Positions 8,863-19,342 are shown, numbered from the stretch's first letter. The stretch is DNA of 58,200 nt from Bacillota bacterium (GCA_039799785.1 JBDLRZ010000045.1:1-58200); one strand, 5' to 3'. Notes: generated from the sequence alone by a model not told the origin. Translations and numbers: made by a program.

Positions 8863-9840
8863 TTATACTCCTAATAATTCTATCATCATTCCTTCAAGAA
8901 AAAGCGTTAAATTGGTACTTTTATCCAAGCGTGACAACCTATTTTGTAAGCCATTCATCGCTTGATAAGGGTTTTGTATCACCGTACTTAATCCCATTAA
9001 TATTTTAACATACGATTTTAAAAGAATATTTTGTTTCGCGATCATTTTGCTAAGTTCGGTTAGGATGGTCAACCAGCGTTGAATGAATACCTCAACTTGT
9101 TCGGTTTCAGTAAGCAACGGCATCCAATTCATTCTAAATTCATGCATGGCAGCGACCGGGCTTTGTATCCACATTTGCGCAAAATTTTCTAATTGTTTCA
9201 TCGATTGTAAAACACTCTCATCCAAACTTTTTTCTTTGATATCATCAGCCGATCCACATTCAAAACTTAATAACTCGGCAATGGTAGATTCGACCCCGAG
9301 CGCAATGGCTTCTTCAATCAATTTTTGTGGTTGATTAGGTTTAAATTGGATGACCTGACTTCGTGATTGTATCGTTGGCAAGACATCATCGATGCTTGTG
9401 GTGGTAAGAATGGCATAAATATCTAAGGTCGGTTCTTCAAGAAACTTTAATAAAGCATTAATCGCTTCTGGTGTCATCGCCTCGATTTTATGTAATAAGT
9501 AAATTTGTTTACTCGCTTTTTCTAATCCCGTAATTGCAAATCGAGATTCTAAACTTAAGACATCTTGTTTTTTGATCGAAGCTTCACTTCCATCGATAAT
9601 GATTAAATCCGTATAATCTTGTTTTTGAAATCGCTGACATGTTAAACATGATCCACACGCTAAGGGTTGAGGATTTTCACAAAGTAAGGATTGAGCTAAA
9701 TATAATGCAATCTCTTGAAGGGGTTGTCCGTTATAACCGTTTAATAAATATGCATGACTCCATTTATCTTTTTTTAAAGCGTGTGCAAATAAATCAAAGA
9801 CTGGTTTTTGTTGATTTTTAAGGTATGCCTCAATCTTCAT
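8863..9840 (-). CDS. holB: DNA polymerase III delta' subunit
   Basis: Has SHAYLL...G, a zinc module CGSCLTCQRF, IEAMTPEAINALLKFLEEP and PTIQSRSQ. It shows tmk-holB synteny. Confidence 0.85.
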   Translation of the reverse strand: MKIEAYLKNQQKPVFDLFAHALKKDKWSHAYLLNGYNGQPLQEIALYLAQSLLCENPQPLACGSCLTCQRFQKQDYTDLIIIDGSEASIKKQDVLSLESRFAITGLEKASKQIYLLHKIEAMTPEAINALLKFLEEPTLDIYAILTTTSIDDVLPTIQSRSQVIQFKPNQPQKLIEEAIALGVESTIAELLSFECGSADDIKEKSLDESVLQSMKQLENFAQMWIQSPVAAMHEFRMNWMPLLTETEQVEVFIQRWLTILTELSKMIAKQNILLKSYVKILMGLSTVIQNPYQAMNGLQNRLSRLDKSTNLTLFLEGMMIELLGV

Positions 9841-10454
9841 AACAAACGTTGATGGATTGCCTGATAAGTATTTTCAATCACTGTTTGTAGAGGCAATGAT
9901 GCATCAATAATCACATAGCGGTCTTTAAAACGTTTTGCGAGTTGTAAATAGGTGTCTCGAACTTTTTGATGGAATGATAATTGTTCAAGATCTAAGCGAT
10001 TGATTTCTCGATTGGCATTGGCGGCAATTCGTTTTAATCCTAATTCCGGAGGAATATCGAATAAGAGAGTCAATTGGGGATAAGAGGATTCGGTTGCAAA
10101 TAGGTTGATATTGAGAACTGCTTCAATGCCTAACCCCCTGGCGCCCCCTTGATAAGCCAAACTAGAATCAATGAATCGATCACAAATGACAATTTTTCCA
10201 GCTTTTAATGCAGGCCAAATTTTTTCTACTAAATTTTGTCGACGACTTGCTGCCAACAACAATGCTTCTGCTCTTGGATCAAGTTTGGTATTTTCTTTTT
10301 GAAGAATTACTTGGCGAATTTGTTCTGCAATGGGCGTGCCACCCGGTTCGCGAGTTTCTTCAATCACAAAACCTTCTTTTCTCAGTCTTGCAATCACTTC
10401 TTTCATCACGGAAGTTTTTCCGCTTCCTTCTGGTCCTTCTAAGGTAATAAACAT
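9837..10454 (-). CDS. tmk: Thymidylate kinase
   Basis: MFITLEGPEGSGKTS P-loop, TREPGGT, CDRFIDSSLAYQG. Confidence 0.95.
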   Translation of the reverse strand: MFITLEGPEGSGKTSVMKEVIARLRKEGFVIEETREPGGTPIAEQIRQVILQKENTKLDPRAEALLLAASRRQNLVEKIWPALKAGKIVICDRFIDSSLAYQGGARGLGIEAVLNINLFATESSYPQLTLLFDIPPELGLKRIAANANREINRLDLEQLSFHQKVRDTYLQLAKRFKDRYVIIDASLPLQTVIENTYQAIHQRLL

Positions 10455-10455
10455 G

Positions 10456-11058
10456 TTATTCTCCTTTGATTTTCGTTCGTCCGGTCAATGCTTTAGATAG
10501 GGTTAAGGCGTCTGCATAATCCACATGACCACCCATCGGTAAACCATATCCGATACGGGTAATATTTAAACCTTCTTTTTTCAACATGTTAGCGAGAAAT
10601 TGGGCAGTTGTTTCACCTTCTAAGGTTGGATTGGTTGCAATAATCACTTCTTGATAGGGATGTTTCTTCAGTTCTTTTTGTAAAGCATCGATGCGAAGGT
10701 CTTGAACGCCCATGCCTTTACTCGCAGATAAAACGCCACCAAGAACTTGATAACGAAAAATAGGAGATTCAAGTTTTTCAAATGCTGCGACATCTTTTGA
10801 GTAACTGACAACCACCAACGTTTGATAAGGTCTCGTTGAGGTACAGATTTCACAATTAGGATCTTCTGTAAGAACACCACAAGTTTGGCAAGGATGAACT
10901 AAATGTTTGACTGCACCTAAGCTTTCTTGAAATTGTAGGACATCTTCTTCGCTAAATTCTAAAATAGCTTGGGCCATGCGTTCAGCAGACTTACTACCAA
11001 CGCCTGGTAACTTTTCAAAAGATTCAATTAAGGCTTGTAAACTTTTTAAAGGTTTCAT
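10456..11058 (-). CDS. recR: Recombination protein RecR
   Basis: Has LPGVGSKSAERMA (HhH), a C4 zinc finger CQTCGVLTEDPNCEIC and a Toprim domain. The ATG at 11058 overlaps the dnaX stop (ATGA), so the ORF-track start at 11070 is unlikely. Confidence 0.95.
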   Translation of the reverse strand: MKPLKSLQALIESFEKLPGVGSKSAERMAQAILEFSEEDVLQFQESLGAVKHLVHPCQTCGVLTEDPNCEICTSTRPYQTLVVVSYSKDVAAFEKLESPIFRYQVLGGVLSASKGMGVQDLRIDALQKELKKHPYQEVIIATNPTLEGETTAQFLANMLKKEGLNITRIGYGLPMGGHVDYADALTLSKALTGRTKIKGE

Positions 11059-12662
11059 TTGAAGGTCCAATTTTTAACAGTGGGTGGTGTGTCTTGTTTG
11101 GAAGGTAATTTATTTAATTGCGCTAAATCCATAAATAACTTTTTAAGTTTGACTGCTTCTTGGCGATTAATTGCATACACTACACCTTCATAACCAGCAA
11201 TGTTTTGCATCACTTTTTGTATCAAGGGTTGATTGGCTACTAAGTTTAATTGAGATGCAATTGTAGCCTGATCAACTTCCAAAGCTAAAATGTGTTTGCT
11301 TAAGACATAAGGTCTTGCATCTTTTAATAGCGCAGCAATCGAAGCGAATTGTGGTTGAAAAAGCATACTATCTAATTGTTTCCAGGATTGTAAAATATCC
11401 TGTCTAGCATCTTTATCACCCATTACCATCACTTTAATCATATTCACATCATCGATATAAAGGCCTTCACCCGTTTCTGCAATCGCGACTGGAGGTGTAT
11501 TTGCGATTGGTTTTGGCGTTGGATTTGCAGTGCTTTCAACTTTGCCTTTCATCACATCAAAAATATTCGGTGGCGTTTTAGTTTTGTTTTCAGGTGTTTG
11601 TAATTGTAAAAGTTTGAGTTGTAATAAACCTGGAATTGCAGATGGGTTTCGAACATCTGTTTGAATGGTCATGATCGCTTCCGTTACAATTGGAATCCAG
11701 GTCAAGGATAAATCTTCTAAAATACGATTTGCTTCAGCTTCCCTTAACATCGACATTAATGAAGGTTCTTGTGTTTTAACAAGGATTAACAAATCCTTCA
11801 ACATTACCAGAAGATCCATTAATAAGCGCTTTAAATCAGCTCCTTTTTGAACAAAGGAATCAATTTTGCCAATCATCGTGGATTGGTCTTGTCGCCCAAT
11901 TGCAGTGAGTAATTCAATTTTATCTTCAAGACTCACTAACCCAAATAGATTTAAAATATCTTTTTCTTCAAAACGACCACCGGTATAAGCGATGACTTGA
12001 TCAAGTAACGATAAAGCATCTCGTACCCCGCCATCTGCTAATTGGATGACAGCTTGGACTGCTTTTTCATCATAAGGAATCTTTTCTGTTTTCAGAATAA
12101 ATTGAATCCGTTCTTTAATATCAGTTGCGTTCACCTTACCAAAATCAAATCGTTGGCAACGACTTAAGATGGTAGGAATAATTTTATGTGGTTCTGTAGT
12201 AGCAAGAATAAACAAAACATGGGAAGGTGGTTCTTCTAAGGTTTTAAGCAATGCATTAAATGCACCTGCTGTCATCATATGAACTTCGTCAATAATATAA
12301 ATTTTATATTTTCCCTTAATGGGGGCATATTTAACTTTATCAATCAGATCGCGAACTTCATCAACACCGTTGTTACTTGCAGCGTCAATTTCAATGACAT
12401 CTGGATGGCGATTTTCTTGAAGTGCCTTACAATTTTCACATTGACCACATGGTTCACTTTGAGACACTTCACAATTTAATGCCTTGGCAAAGATTTTGGC
12501 TAAGGACGTCTTCCCAGTGCCTCGAGGTCCGGAGAATAAATAAGCATGAGAAAGCTTTTGATTGATTAAAGCGTTTTGTAAGGTTCTTACAATGGCTTGT
12601 TGACCTGCAACTTGTGCAAATTGTTGTGGTCGATAGGTTCGATAAAGTGCCTTGTATGCCAT
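11055..12662 (-). CDS. dnaX: DNA polymerase III subunit gamma/tau
   Basis: YRPQQFAQVAGQ, SHAYLFSGPRGTGKTS, zinc module CGQCENC, IIDEVHM, LKTLEEPP, ILSRCQRF. Confidence 0.95.
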   Translation of the reverse strand: MAYKALYRTYRPQQFAQVAGQQAIVRTLQNALINQKLSHAYLFSGPRGTGKTSLAKIFAKALNCEVSQSEPCGQCENCKALQENRHPDVIEIDAASNNGVDEVRDLIDKVKYAPIKGKYKIYIIDEVHMMTAGAFNALLKTLEEPPSHVLFILATTEPHKIIPTILSRCQRFDFGKVNATDIKERIQFILKTEKIPYDEKAVQAVIQLADGGVRDALSLLDQVIAYTGGRFEEKDILNLFGLVSLEDKIELLTAIGRQDQSTMIGKIDSFVQKGADLKRLLMDLLVMLKDLLILVKTQEPSLMSMLREAEANRILEDLSLTWIPIVTEAIMTIQTDVRNPSAIPGLLQLKLLQLQTPENKTKTPPNIFDVMKGKVESTANPTPKPIANTPPVAIAETGEGLYIDDVNMIKVMVMGDKDARQDILQSWKQLDSMLFQPQFASIAALLKDARPYVLSKHILALEVDQATIASQLNLVANQPLIQKVMQNIAGYEGVVYAINRQEAVKLKKLFMDLAQLNKLPSKQDTPPTVKNWTFK

Positions 12663-12730
12663 AAAGTTTTGTTGGGTTAATTATACTCAATTTATCACCC
12701 TTATTAAATAGGAAAATGAATAAAAACCTT

Positions 12731-12758
12731 TTAAGAAATGCGATGCCTATGATAAAAT
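12731..12758 (+). promoter_or_regulatory. Putative prfA promoter (TTAAGA, 16 nt, TGaTAAAAT)
   Basis: An extended -10 box, TG-a-TAAAAT, ends at 12758. GAAAGG is the RBS and the ATG is at 12775. Confidence 0.4.
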
Positions 12759-12774
12759 ACGAAAGGTCTTATAA

Positions 12775-13839
12775 ATGGAAGAAAATTTAAGAAATCGCCT
12801 CAAAGTGATGCGTGATCGTTTAACGACGATTGATGATTTACTCGTTCAAGAATCTGTCCTTGGTGATTCTCGTCAATTTAAGTCACTTTCCAAGGAAAGA
12901 GCGACCCTTGATAAAGTGGTAACCCTTTTTAACACATTTGAAACCAATGAAAAGAATTTAGCTGATGCATTAATCATGCGAAATGATGCTGACTCCGAGA
13001 TTGCCCAATTAGGAAAAGCTGAAGTTGAACAATTGACAGAGGCACAAAGTAAATTAATGGAAACGATTAAATTTCATCTTATTCCAAAAGATCCTAATGA
13101 TGATAAAAATATTGTTGTGGAAATTCGTGGTGCGGCTGGTGGAGATGAAGCGTTCATTTTTGCAAGTGACTTATTTAGAATGTATACCAAATATTGTGAA
13201 AAAAATGGTTGGAAAATCCAAATGCTTTCCGACGCGGGTGGTCAATCGACCATTACCTTCATGGTCAAGGGCGATGCGGTTTACTCCAAACTTAAATTTG
13301 AATCTGGTGCGCACCGTGTTCAACGCGTTCCGGCAACGGAGGCTTCTGGAAGAATTCACACCTCAACGGCTACCGTACTCGTCATGCCTGAAGTGGAAGA
13401 AGTTGATATCGTCATTAATACAAACGACCTTCAAGTAGATACATATCGTTCGCAAGGCGCAGGTGGTCAAAACGTCAATAAGACTGAATCCGCTGTTCGT
13501 ATTACCCATTTACCGACAGGAATTGTCGTTTCATGCCAAATTGAAAAATCACAAATTCAAAACCGTGAACTTGCGATGAAGATGCTTTATGCAAAGTTAG
13601 AAGCGCACAAGCAAGCTGAAATTGATGAAAAAGTCGGTAATGAAAGAAAATTAAAAGTCGGAACCGGTGAACGTAGTGAAAAAATTCGCACCTACAACTA
13701 TCCTCAAAATCGAGTCACGGATCATCGGATTGGTTTCACGATTAACCAGCTTGATCGAGTGATGGAAGGTCAAATTGAAGACATATTAGAAGCTTTAAAC
13801 CATTTTGACCAACAACAAAAACTTTTGGGTGGAGAATGA
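12775..13839 (+). CDS. prfA: Peptide chain release factor 1
   Basis: PAT tripeptide (RVPATE), GGQ motif (SQGAGGQNVNKTESAVRITH). Confidence 0.95.
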   Translation: MEENLRNRLKVMRDRLTTIDDLLVQESVLGDSRQFKSLSKERATLDKVVTLFNTFETNEKNLADALIMRNDADSEIAQLGKAEVEQLTEAQSKLMETIKFHLIPKDPNDDKNIVVEIRGAAGGDEAFIFASDLFRMYTKYCEKNGWKIQMLSDAGGQSTITFMVKGDAVYSKLKFESGAHRVQRVPATEASGRIHTSTATVLVMPEVEEVDIVINTNDLQVDTYRSQGAGGQNVNKTESAVRITHLPTGIVVSCQIEKSQIQNRELAMKMLYAKLEAHKQAEIDEKVGNERKLKVGTGERSEKIRTYNYPQNRVTDHRIGFTINQLDRVMEGQIEDILEALNHFDQQQKLLGGE

Positions 13840-14666
13840 CGATTCAATCCGTTTATCAACAAGCGCTACAATCGATTGGCATTGGCGCGGTTGATACATT
13901 TTCGATTCATCAATTATTGCAATTTCATAATCGTATGCCAAATGTTGATATGCTGTTAACTAATCTTGATCGTGAGATGATGAATTATTCAATATTTCAA
14001 CAACACTTTGAACGATTAAAAAAAGCAGAACCATTAGCCTATATTCTTGGATTCACAACTTTTCTTGGTCTTAAACTTGTGGTCGATCAAAACGTCTTAA
14101 TTCCACGACAAGAAACTGAAGAGCTTGTATTGCATGTCAGTCAACTTTTCCCTTCTTCATCCAACATTAAGGTGATTGATGTGGGGACAGGAAGTGGTGC
14201 GATTGCTTTATCACTCAAAGCAAAAAGACCGCATTGGCATGTCATTGCAACCGACATAAGTGATGCTGCCTTGAAGGTAGCGAAAGAGAATGCGAATGAT
14301 CTTCAACTTGATATTCCATTCTTTCAAGGAGATGGGCTTAAAATGATGGACGCCTCTTATAACCAACAGATTAATATTATTGTGAGTAATCCCCCTTATG
14401 TAGAAGATGAAGATCAACTTGATACATCCGTTAAACAATTTGAACCCCACTTAGCGTTAATTGCAAAACCCAATACACAATTTTATGAACAGTATTTAGC
14501 CGAAGGAAAAAGATTATTATCTGACAAAGGCATCTTCGCTTTTGAAATTGACCCTTCATTAGAAAAACCTCTTAAACAAATGACTTTATCGATGTATCCA
14601 ACTGGAAAGTGGACCGTTATAAAAGATATCAATGGTAAAACTCGTTTTGCTTTGCTTTATACTTGA
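13836..14666 (+). CDS. prmC: Release factor glutamine N5-methyltransferase
   Basis: SAM motif VIDVGTGSGAIAL and catalytic NPPY (IVSNPPYV). Its start overlaps the prfA stop as ATGA. Confidence 0.9.
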   Translation: MTIQSVYQQALQSIGIGAVDTFSIHQLLQFHNRMPNVDMLLTNLDREMMNYSIFQQHFERLKKAEPLAYILGFTTFLGLKLVVDQNVLIPRQETEELVLHVSQLFPSSSNIKVIDVGTGSGAIALSLKAKRPHWHVIATDISDAALKVAKENANDLQLDIPFFQGDGLKMMDASYNQQINIIVSNPPYVEDEDQLDTSVKQFEPHLALIAKPNTQFYEQYLAEGKRLLSDKGIFAFEIDPSLEKPLKQMTLSMYPTGKWTVIKDINGKTRFALLYT

Positions 14667-14682
14667 ATAAGGAGTTATCAAA

Positions 14683-15132
14683 ATGAAAATTATCATTGCA
14701 AGTGATCATGCAGGGTTTGCTAATAAAAAAACATTATTTGATGCGTTAACCAAGTTGGGTTTTTCAATGATTGATGGTGGGACCTTTAATGAAGGAAGTT
14801 GTCATTACCCAGAATATGCTTTAAGTGCAGCGGAACGCGTTGTTGCCAAGGAAGCTGATTTTGGTGTGTTGATTTGCGGTTCAGGTATCGGTGTGTCTAT
14901 TGCTGCGAATAAAGTTAAAGGTGCACGTTGTGCAGTTGGTTACCACGATGAAGCTGTCAAACGAGCAAGAATTGACAATGATGCAAATTTAATCGCCTTC
15001 GGTGCCCGTTATATGACAATTGAAGAAATGTTAAAACGTATTCAAATGTTTATTCACACCCCTTATGAAGGTGGCCGTCATCAAACTAGACTCGATATTA
15101 TTGCCGACTACGAAACAAAACACTTCCGTTAA
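14683..15132 (+). CDS. rpiB: Ribose-5-phosphate isomerase B
   Basis: MKIIIASDHAGF..., LICGSGIGVSIAANKVKGARCA, which is the RpiB/LacAB family signature. Confidence 0.9.
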   Translation: MKIIIASDHAGFANKKTLFDALTKLGFSMIDGGTFNEGSCHYPEYALSAAERVVAKEADFGVLICGSGIGVSIAANKVKGARCAVGYHDEAVKRARIDNDANLIAFGARYMTIEEMLKRIQMFIHTPYEGGRHQTRLDIIADYETKHFR

Positions 15133-16300
15133 ATCACGCTTCATCCTATTAAAGGATGTGGATACTTTTATTTGCCCGCGTTGTTTAAACCAAGATCCAT
15201 TAAAACTAGGTCTAAGGAATGGATTTATTTATTGTCGTGCTTGTATTCAGTTTCAACAAGAATCATGGATTCCAAAACCAAGAGAACCCATGGCAGTCAG
15301 TATTAACCTTGGATATGCGTTAACCGAAGCTCAACAAACGATTTCCAATGCTTTAATCAATTGTTATCGAAAGAAACAATCTGCGATGGTGGATGCTGTC
15401 ACAGGAAGTGGTAAAACTGAAATTGTATTTGGTCTGATTCAAGTTGGTTTAGCCGAGGGAAAACGAATTGGATTTGTCATCCCTAGAAAAGATGTCGTAT
15501 TGGAGTTAATACCTAGGTTTAAAGAGGTTTTTCCATCCATCCAAGTGGTTGGGGTTTTTGGTGGACATTCATCCACGTTAGAAGGTGATCTTATCATTTT
15601 AACAACGCATCAAATGTATCGATATGAGCATTATTTTGATGTGTTAATTTTTGATGAAGTCGATGCTTTTCCTTATGCTGGGGATCCTGTTCTTAAAGCG
15701 ATGGTTGAACGCGCTAGTAATGGTATCATCGTGTACTTATCTGCAACCTTTTCACAAGAAGAACTCATGAAGTTTAGAGAAGATGGTGGAAAAGTTTTTC
15801 AATTATTTAAGCGATTTCATGGAAATCCCTTACCAGTGCTTCAATATAAAATTCATCCATTCTTCATCAAATGGTTCACGATTATTGATTTACTCGAGCA
15901 AATGAATAAACAAGGCAAACCTATTTTTGTATTTGTGCCGACCATAGGTATTGGTCAAAAGTTATGGAAATGGTTACGTTTGTTTTTTAAGGATGTAACG
16001 CTGGCCTATGCGTCTATTGAACAACGAGAAGAATTGATTGAAACATTTAAGAAAAAAGGCTCCGGAATTTTGATTACAACTTCTATTTTGGAAAGAGGGA
16101 TTACGATGCTTGGTTTACAAGTCATTATTTTTAAGGCAGATCATCCTTTATTTTTAACGTCTACCATCATTCAAATGGCAGGAAGAGTCGGTCGAAAAAT
16201 ACAAGATCCTAAAGGAAACATCTATTTATTGGTAAATCGAATCACCCCATTTATAAAGGCTGCACAGGAGAAAATAACCATTGCCAATGCTCACGTGTAA
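15065..16300 (+). CDS. comFA: ComFA-like DEAD/DEAH helicase (competence/DNA-uptake ATPase)
   Basis: Zinc finger CPRCLNQD...YCRAC, Walker A VTGSGKTE, Walker B IFDEVD and helicase C motif QMAGRVGR. The ATG at 15065 overlaps rpiB by 68 nt, so the true start may be the in-frame GTG at 15158. Confidence 0.8.
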   Translation: MKVAVIKLDSILLPTTKQNTSVKSRFILLKDVDTFICPRCLNQDPLKLGLRNGFIYCRACIQFQQESWIPKPREPMAVSINLGYALTEAQQTISNALINCYRKKQSAMVDAVTGSGKTEIVFGLIQVGLAEGKRIGFVIPRKDVVLELIPRFKEVFPSIQVVGVFGGHSSTLEGDLIILTTHQMYRYEHYFDVLIFDEVDAFPYAGDPVLKAMVERASNGIIVYLSATFSQEELMKFREDGGKVFQLFKRFHGNPLPVLQYKIHPFFIKWFTIIDLLEQMNKQGKPIFVFVPTIGIGQKLWKWLRLFFKDVTLAYASIEQREELIETFKKKGSGILITTSILERGITMLGLQVIIFKADHPLFLTSTIIQMAGRVGRKIQDPKGNIYLLVNRITPFIKAAQEKITIANAHV

Positions 16301-16958
16301 GTATTGTTTTCGTACGTTTGAAACCGTTCACCTTTGGCATATCATGCATCCACCATTATTATGTCGAACCTGTTATCTACAACTTGAGTGGCATCATCGC
16401 ATTGAATCTTGGCAAGGTTTTCAAATTGAATCCTTCTTTGAATATGGTCCTACGTTTCAAAAAATGATTCATCAATTTAAGTCAAATTTAGATATTGAAC
16501 TAGGATCGGTCTTATTAAACCAACACACGACATATTTAAAATGTAAATATTGGCAATCCACATTTGTATTAGCACCTACTCATGAGCAAGATGTATGGTT
16601 ACGTGGTTTTCATCCACTGATTGAAATCTTTAAAAAGGTTTCATTACCCATGATCTCATTGATTGAAAAGAGTCGCCCATACAAACAATCAGATCAACAC
16701 GGTCATGAGCGACAGCAAATTCATGCTATTTTAAGATTGAAAAAGGAAATCATGATACCAAAACAGATTTGTTTAGTGGATGATGTGATGACAACGGGTG
16801 AAACGTTGAAGGCAATGATTAGTCTATTAAAACCGATTTCACCGAGGAGCCTTAAAATCCTTGTCTTAGCAAGAAAAAAACAGGAAAAAATTGAGATTAC
16901 AAGCCCATCTAAAAATGATAAAATAAGTAATTGGAAACAACAAAGATGGCATGGTTAG
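16281..16958 (+). CDS. comFC: ComFC-like phosphoribosyltransferase-fold protein
   Basis: N-terminal Cys pairs CKYCF...CRTCY and PRTase motif CLVDDVMTTGETL. It lies immediately downstream of comFA. The start is TTG 16281 or ATG 16287. Confidence 0.8.
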   Translation: MPMLTCKYCFRTFETVHLWHIMHPPLLCRTCYLQLEWHHRIESWQGFQIESFFEYGPTFQKMIHQFKSNLDIELGSVLLNQHTTYLKCKYWQSTFVLAPTHEQDVWLRGFHPLIEIFKKVSLPMISLIEKSRPYKQSDQHGHERQQIHAILRLKKEIMIPKQICLVDDVMTTGETLKAMISLLKPISPRSLKILVLARKKQEKIEITSPSKNDKISNWKQQRWHG

Positions 16959-19339
16959 AAAAAATCTTCAGACTTGAAGAAAGACAACTTAAAAAGCTCT
17001 CAAAAGAAGCAGATCTAGTTTTAGCATATGCAGATGACTTCAAACGCTTAAGCGATGAAGCATTAAAAGCAAAAACCATTTATTTTCGTGACTTATTAAA
17101 ACAAGGTAAAACCTTGGATGATATTAAATACGAAGCATTCGCAGTCGCTAGAGAAGCGGCAACTAGAACGTTAAAAATGACGCCATTTAAAGTTCAAATT
17201 ATTGGTGCTCTCGTTTTACATGGTGGCAACGTCGCCGAAATGAGAACCGGTGAAGGTAAAACTTTAACTGCAACGATGGCCGTTTATTTGAATGCATTAT
17301 CAGGTCAAGGTGTACACGTGATTACCGTTAACGAATATCTAGCAAAACGCGACGCCGAATGGATGGGCGTTATTTATCAATTCCTTGGTTTAACTGTTGG
17401 GGTCAACTTAAGAGATAAATCACCAGAAGAAAAACAATTAGCCTATCAATGTGACATTACGTATTCAACCAACTCTGAATTAGGTTTTGATTATCTTCGT
17501 GATAATATGACTGGCAATCTAAAACAAAGAGTTATCCGCGGATTACCCTTTGCCATTATTGATGAAGCAGACTCGATTCTCATTGATGAATCCCGTACCC
17601 CATTGATTATTTCTGGTGGTGCAAAAACTTCGCAATCTGAATTTATAAAATATGATCGATTTGTTAAATCATTAAAAAAAGAAAAACACTTCACGATTGA
17701 TGTTAAATCAAAAACGGCGAGTTTAACCGATTCAGGGGCCAACCTTGCCGAAATGGCCTTTAATATTCGTAATCTATACTCACCAGAACATTCAGACAAA
17801 GTTCACCGCATTCATCAATCCTTAAAGGCTAATTTCATTATGGTTCGAGATGTTGATTATTTAGTTGATCCTGAAAAGAACATTCAAATTATTGATCAAT
17901 TTACAGGCCGTATTTTAAAAGGTAGAGAATTCTCAGATGGTCTTCACCAAGCGATTCAAGCAAAAGAAGATGCAAATTTCCGCGCTGAAACTATTACCAT
18001 GGCGACCATTACTTATCAAAACTTTTTCCGTCTATATAAAAAACTTGGTGGTATGACCGGTACTGCAAAAACTGAAGAAGAAGAATTTATTAAAATTTAC
18101 AACATGAAAGTTGTTGGTATTCCCACCAACGTTCCCATTCGTCGTCATGATGATGTGGATTTAATTTATGCTTCCAAGTCTGCAAAATTGAAAGCAATCT
18201 TGCAAGAAATTAAACAACGACATGATAAGAAACAACCTTTATTAATTGGTACACCTTCAGTAGAAGCATCTGAAGAATTATCTAAATTATTAAAAGATGA
18301 AGGTCTTCAGCATTTTGTGTTGAACGCTAAAAATCACGCTTCAGAAGCTGAAATTGTAAGACGAGCAGGTGAAAAGGGCAGCATTACGATTGCCACCAAC
18401 ATGGCGGGTCGTGGTACCGATATTAAAATTGATGATGAAGTCAGAGCCCTTGGTGGTTTGTGTGTGTTGGGAACCGAACGACATGAAGCTCGACGAATCG
18501 ATAACCAATTACGTGGCCGTTCTGGACGACAAGGGGATCCAGGTTACTCTCGATTCTTTGTTTCACTTGATGATGACCTCATGGTTCGATTTGGTTCGGA
18601 TGCGCTTCGAAATATGTTTAAATCCCTGGGTGATGAAGCGATTGAAAATCGTTTATTGATGAATGCAATTACTGGAGCTCAAAAACGTATTGAAGGTCAA
18701 AACTTTGATATTCGAAAAAATGTTTTGGATTACGATAATGTTTTAGCAAAACAAAGAAGTGTCATGTATCGAAAACGCGATGCCATTTTAATGGCAGCAG
18801 ACGTTACCGATATCATTAATGAAGTATTTACCAATGCAGGAAACTCATTTGCGACTCGCGCGATTAATCCTGATGATCGAACTAAAGCCGTTGATGGTGA
18901 AAAATTAAAGAAAATGCTAGAACCAATTTTCTTATCTGAAGGCACCATTAACGCGAAAGCATTTAGTGAATCTCCTGTTGAAGAAGTGGCAGAAGATGTG
19001 ACAGTCTTGCTGATTAATCGCTACAAACTAGCCACGAAAGAATGGCCTGCAGAAGTGTTGAAAGGTTTACCAAGACAAGTCTTACTGAAGATTATTGATA
19101 TGAATTGGCCCCGTCATATTGATGCCATGGATCACTTACGTCAAAGCATCCACTTAAGAAGCTATGCTCAAAGTAATCCTTTACAAGATTATGTCAACGA
19201 AGGATTTAAAATGTTTAAAGAACTAAATGAAAAAATTGCGGTAGAATTTGTTGGTTCAATGTTAACAGCAAAATTAGAAGTCAAACCCAAGACTGCACCT
19301 TCTGCGATACAACTAGATCCAAAGAAAATTGGAGCGTAA
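16946..19339 (+). CDS. secA: Preprotein translocase ATPase SecA
   Basis: MRTGEGKTLTATM, IIDEADSILIDESRTPLIISG, TNMAGRGTDIKI, LRGRSGRQGDPG. Start is the ATG at 16946 (MAWLEKIF); the ORF-track start at 16931 is a TTG. Confidence 0.95.
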   Translation: MAWLEKIFRLEERQLKKLSKEADLVLAYADDFKRLSDEALKAKTIYFRDLLKQGKTLDDIKYEAFAVAREAATRTLKMTPFKVQIIGALVLHGGNVAEMRTGEGKTLTATMAVYLNALSGQGVHVITVNEYLAKRDAEWMGVIYQFLGLTVGVNLRDKSPEEKQLAYQCDITYSTNSELGFDYLRDNMTGNLKQRVIRGLPFAIIDEADSILIDESRTPLIISGGAKTSQSEFIKYDRFVKSLKKEKHFTIDVKSKTASLTDSGANLAEMAFNIRNLYSPEHSDKVHRIHQSLKANFIMVRDVDYLVDPEKNIQIIDQFTGRILKGREFSDGLHQAIQAKEDANFRAETITMATITYQNFFRLYKKLGGMTGTAKTEEEEFIKIYNMKVVGIPTNVPIRRHDDVDLIYASKSAKLKAILQEIKQRHDKKQPLLIGTPSVEASEELSKLLKDEGLQHFVLNAKNHASEAEIVRRAGEKGSITIATNMAGRGTDIKIDDEVRALGGLCVLGTERHEARRIDNQLRGRSGRQGDPGYSRFFVSLDDDLMVRFGSDALRNMFKSLGDEAIENRLLMNAITGAQKRIEGQNFDIRKNVLDYDNVLAKQRSVMYRKRDAILMAADVTDIINEVFTNAGNSFATRAINPDDRTKAVDGEKLKKMLEPIFLSEGTINAKAFSESPVEEVAEDVTVLLINRYKLATKEWPAEVLKGLPRQVLLKIIDMNWPRHIDAMDHLRQSIHLRSYAQSNPLQDYVNEGFKMFKELNEKIAVEFVGSMLTAKLEVKPKTAPSAIQLDPKKIGA

Positions 19340-19342
19340 ACC

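Noticed and set aside
12663-12774. SRP RNA (ffs/scRNA) upstream of dnaX, as in Bacillus.
   Set aside because: The 112-nt AT-rich spacer holds promoter-like elements only. It has no GC-rich helix or conserved SRP domain IV motif.
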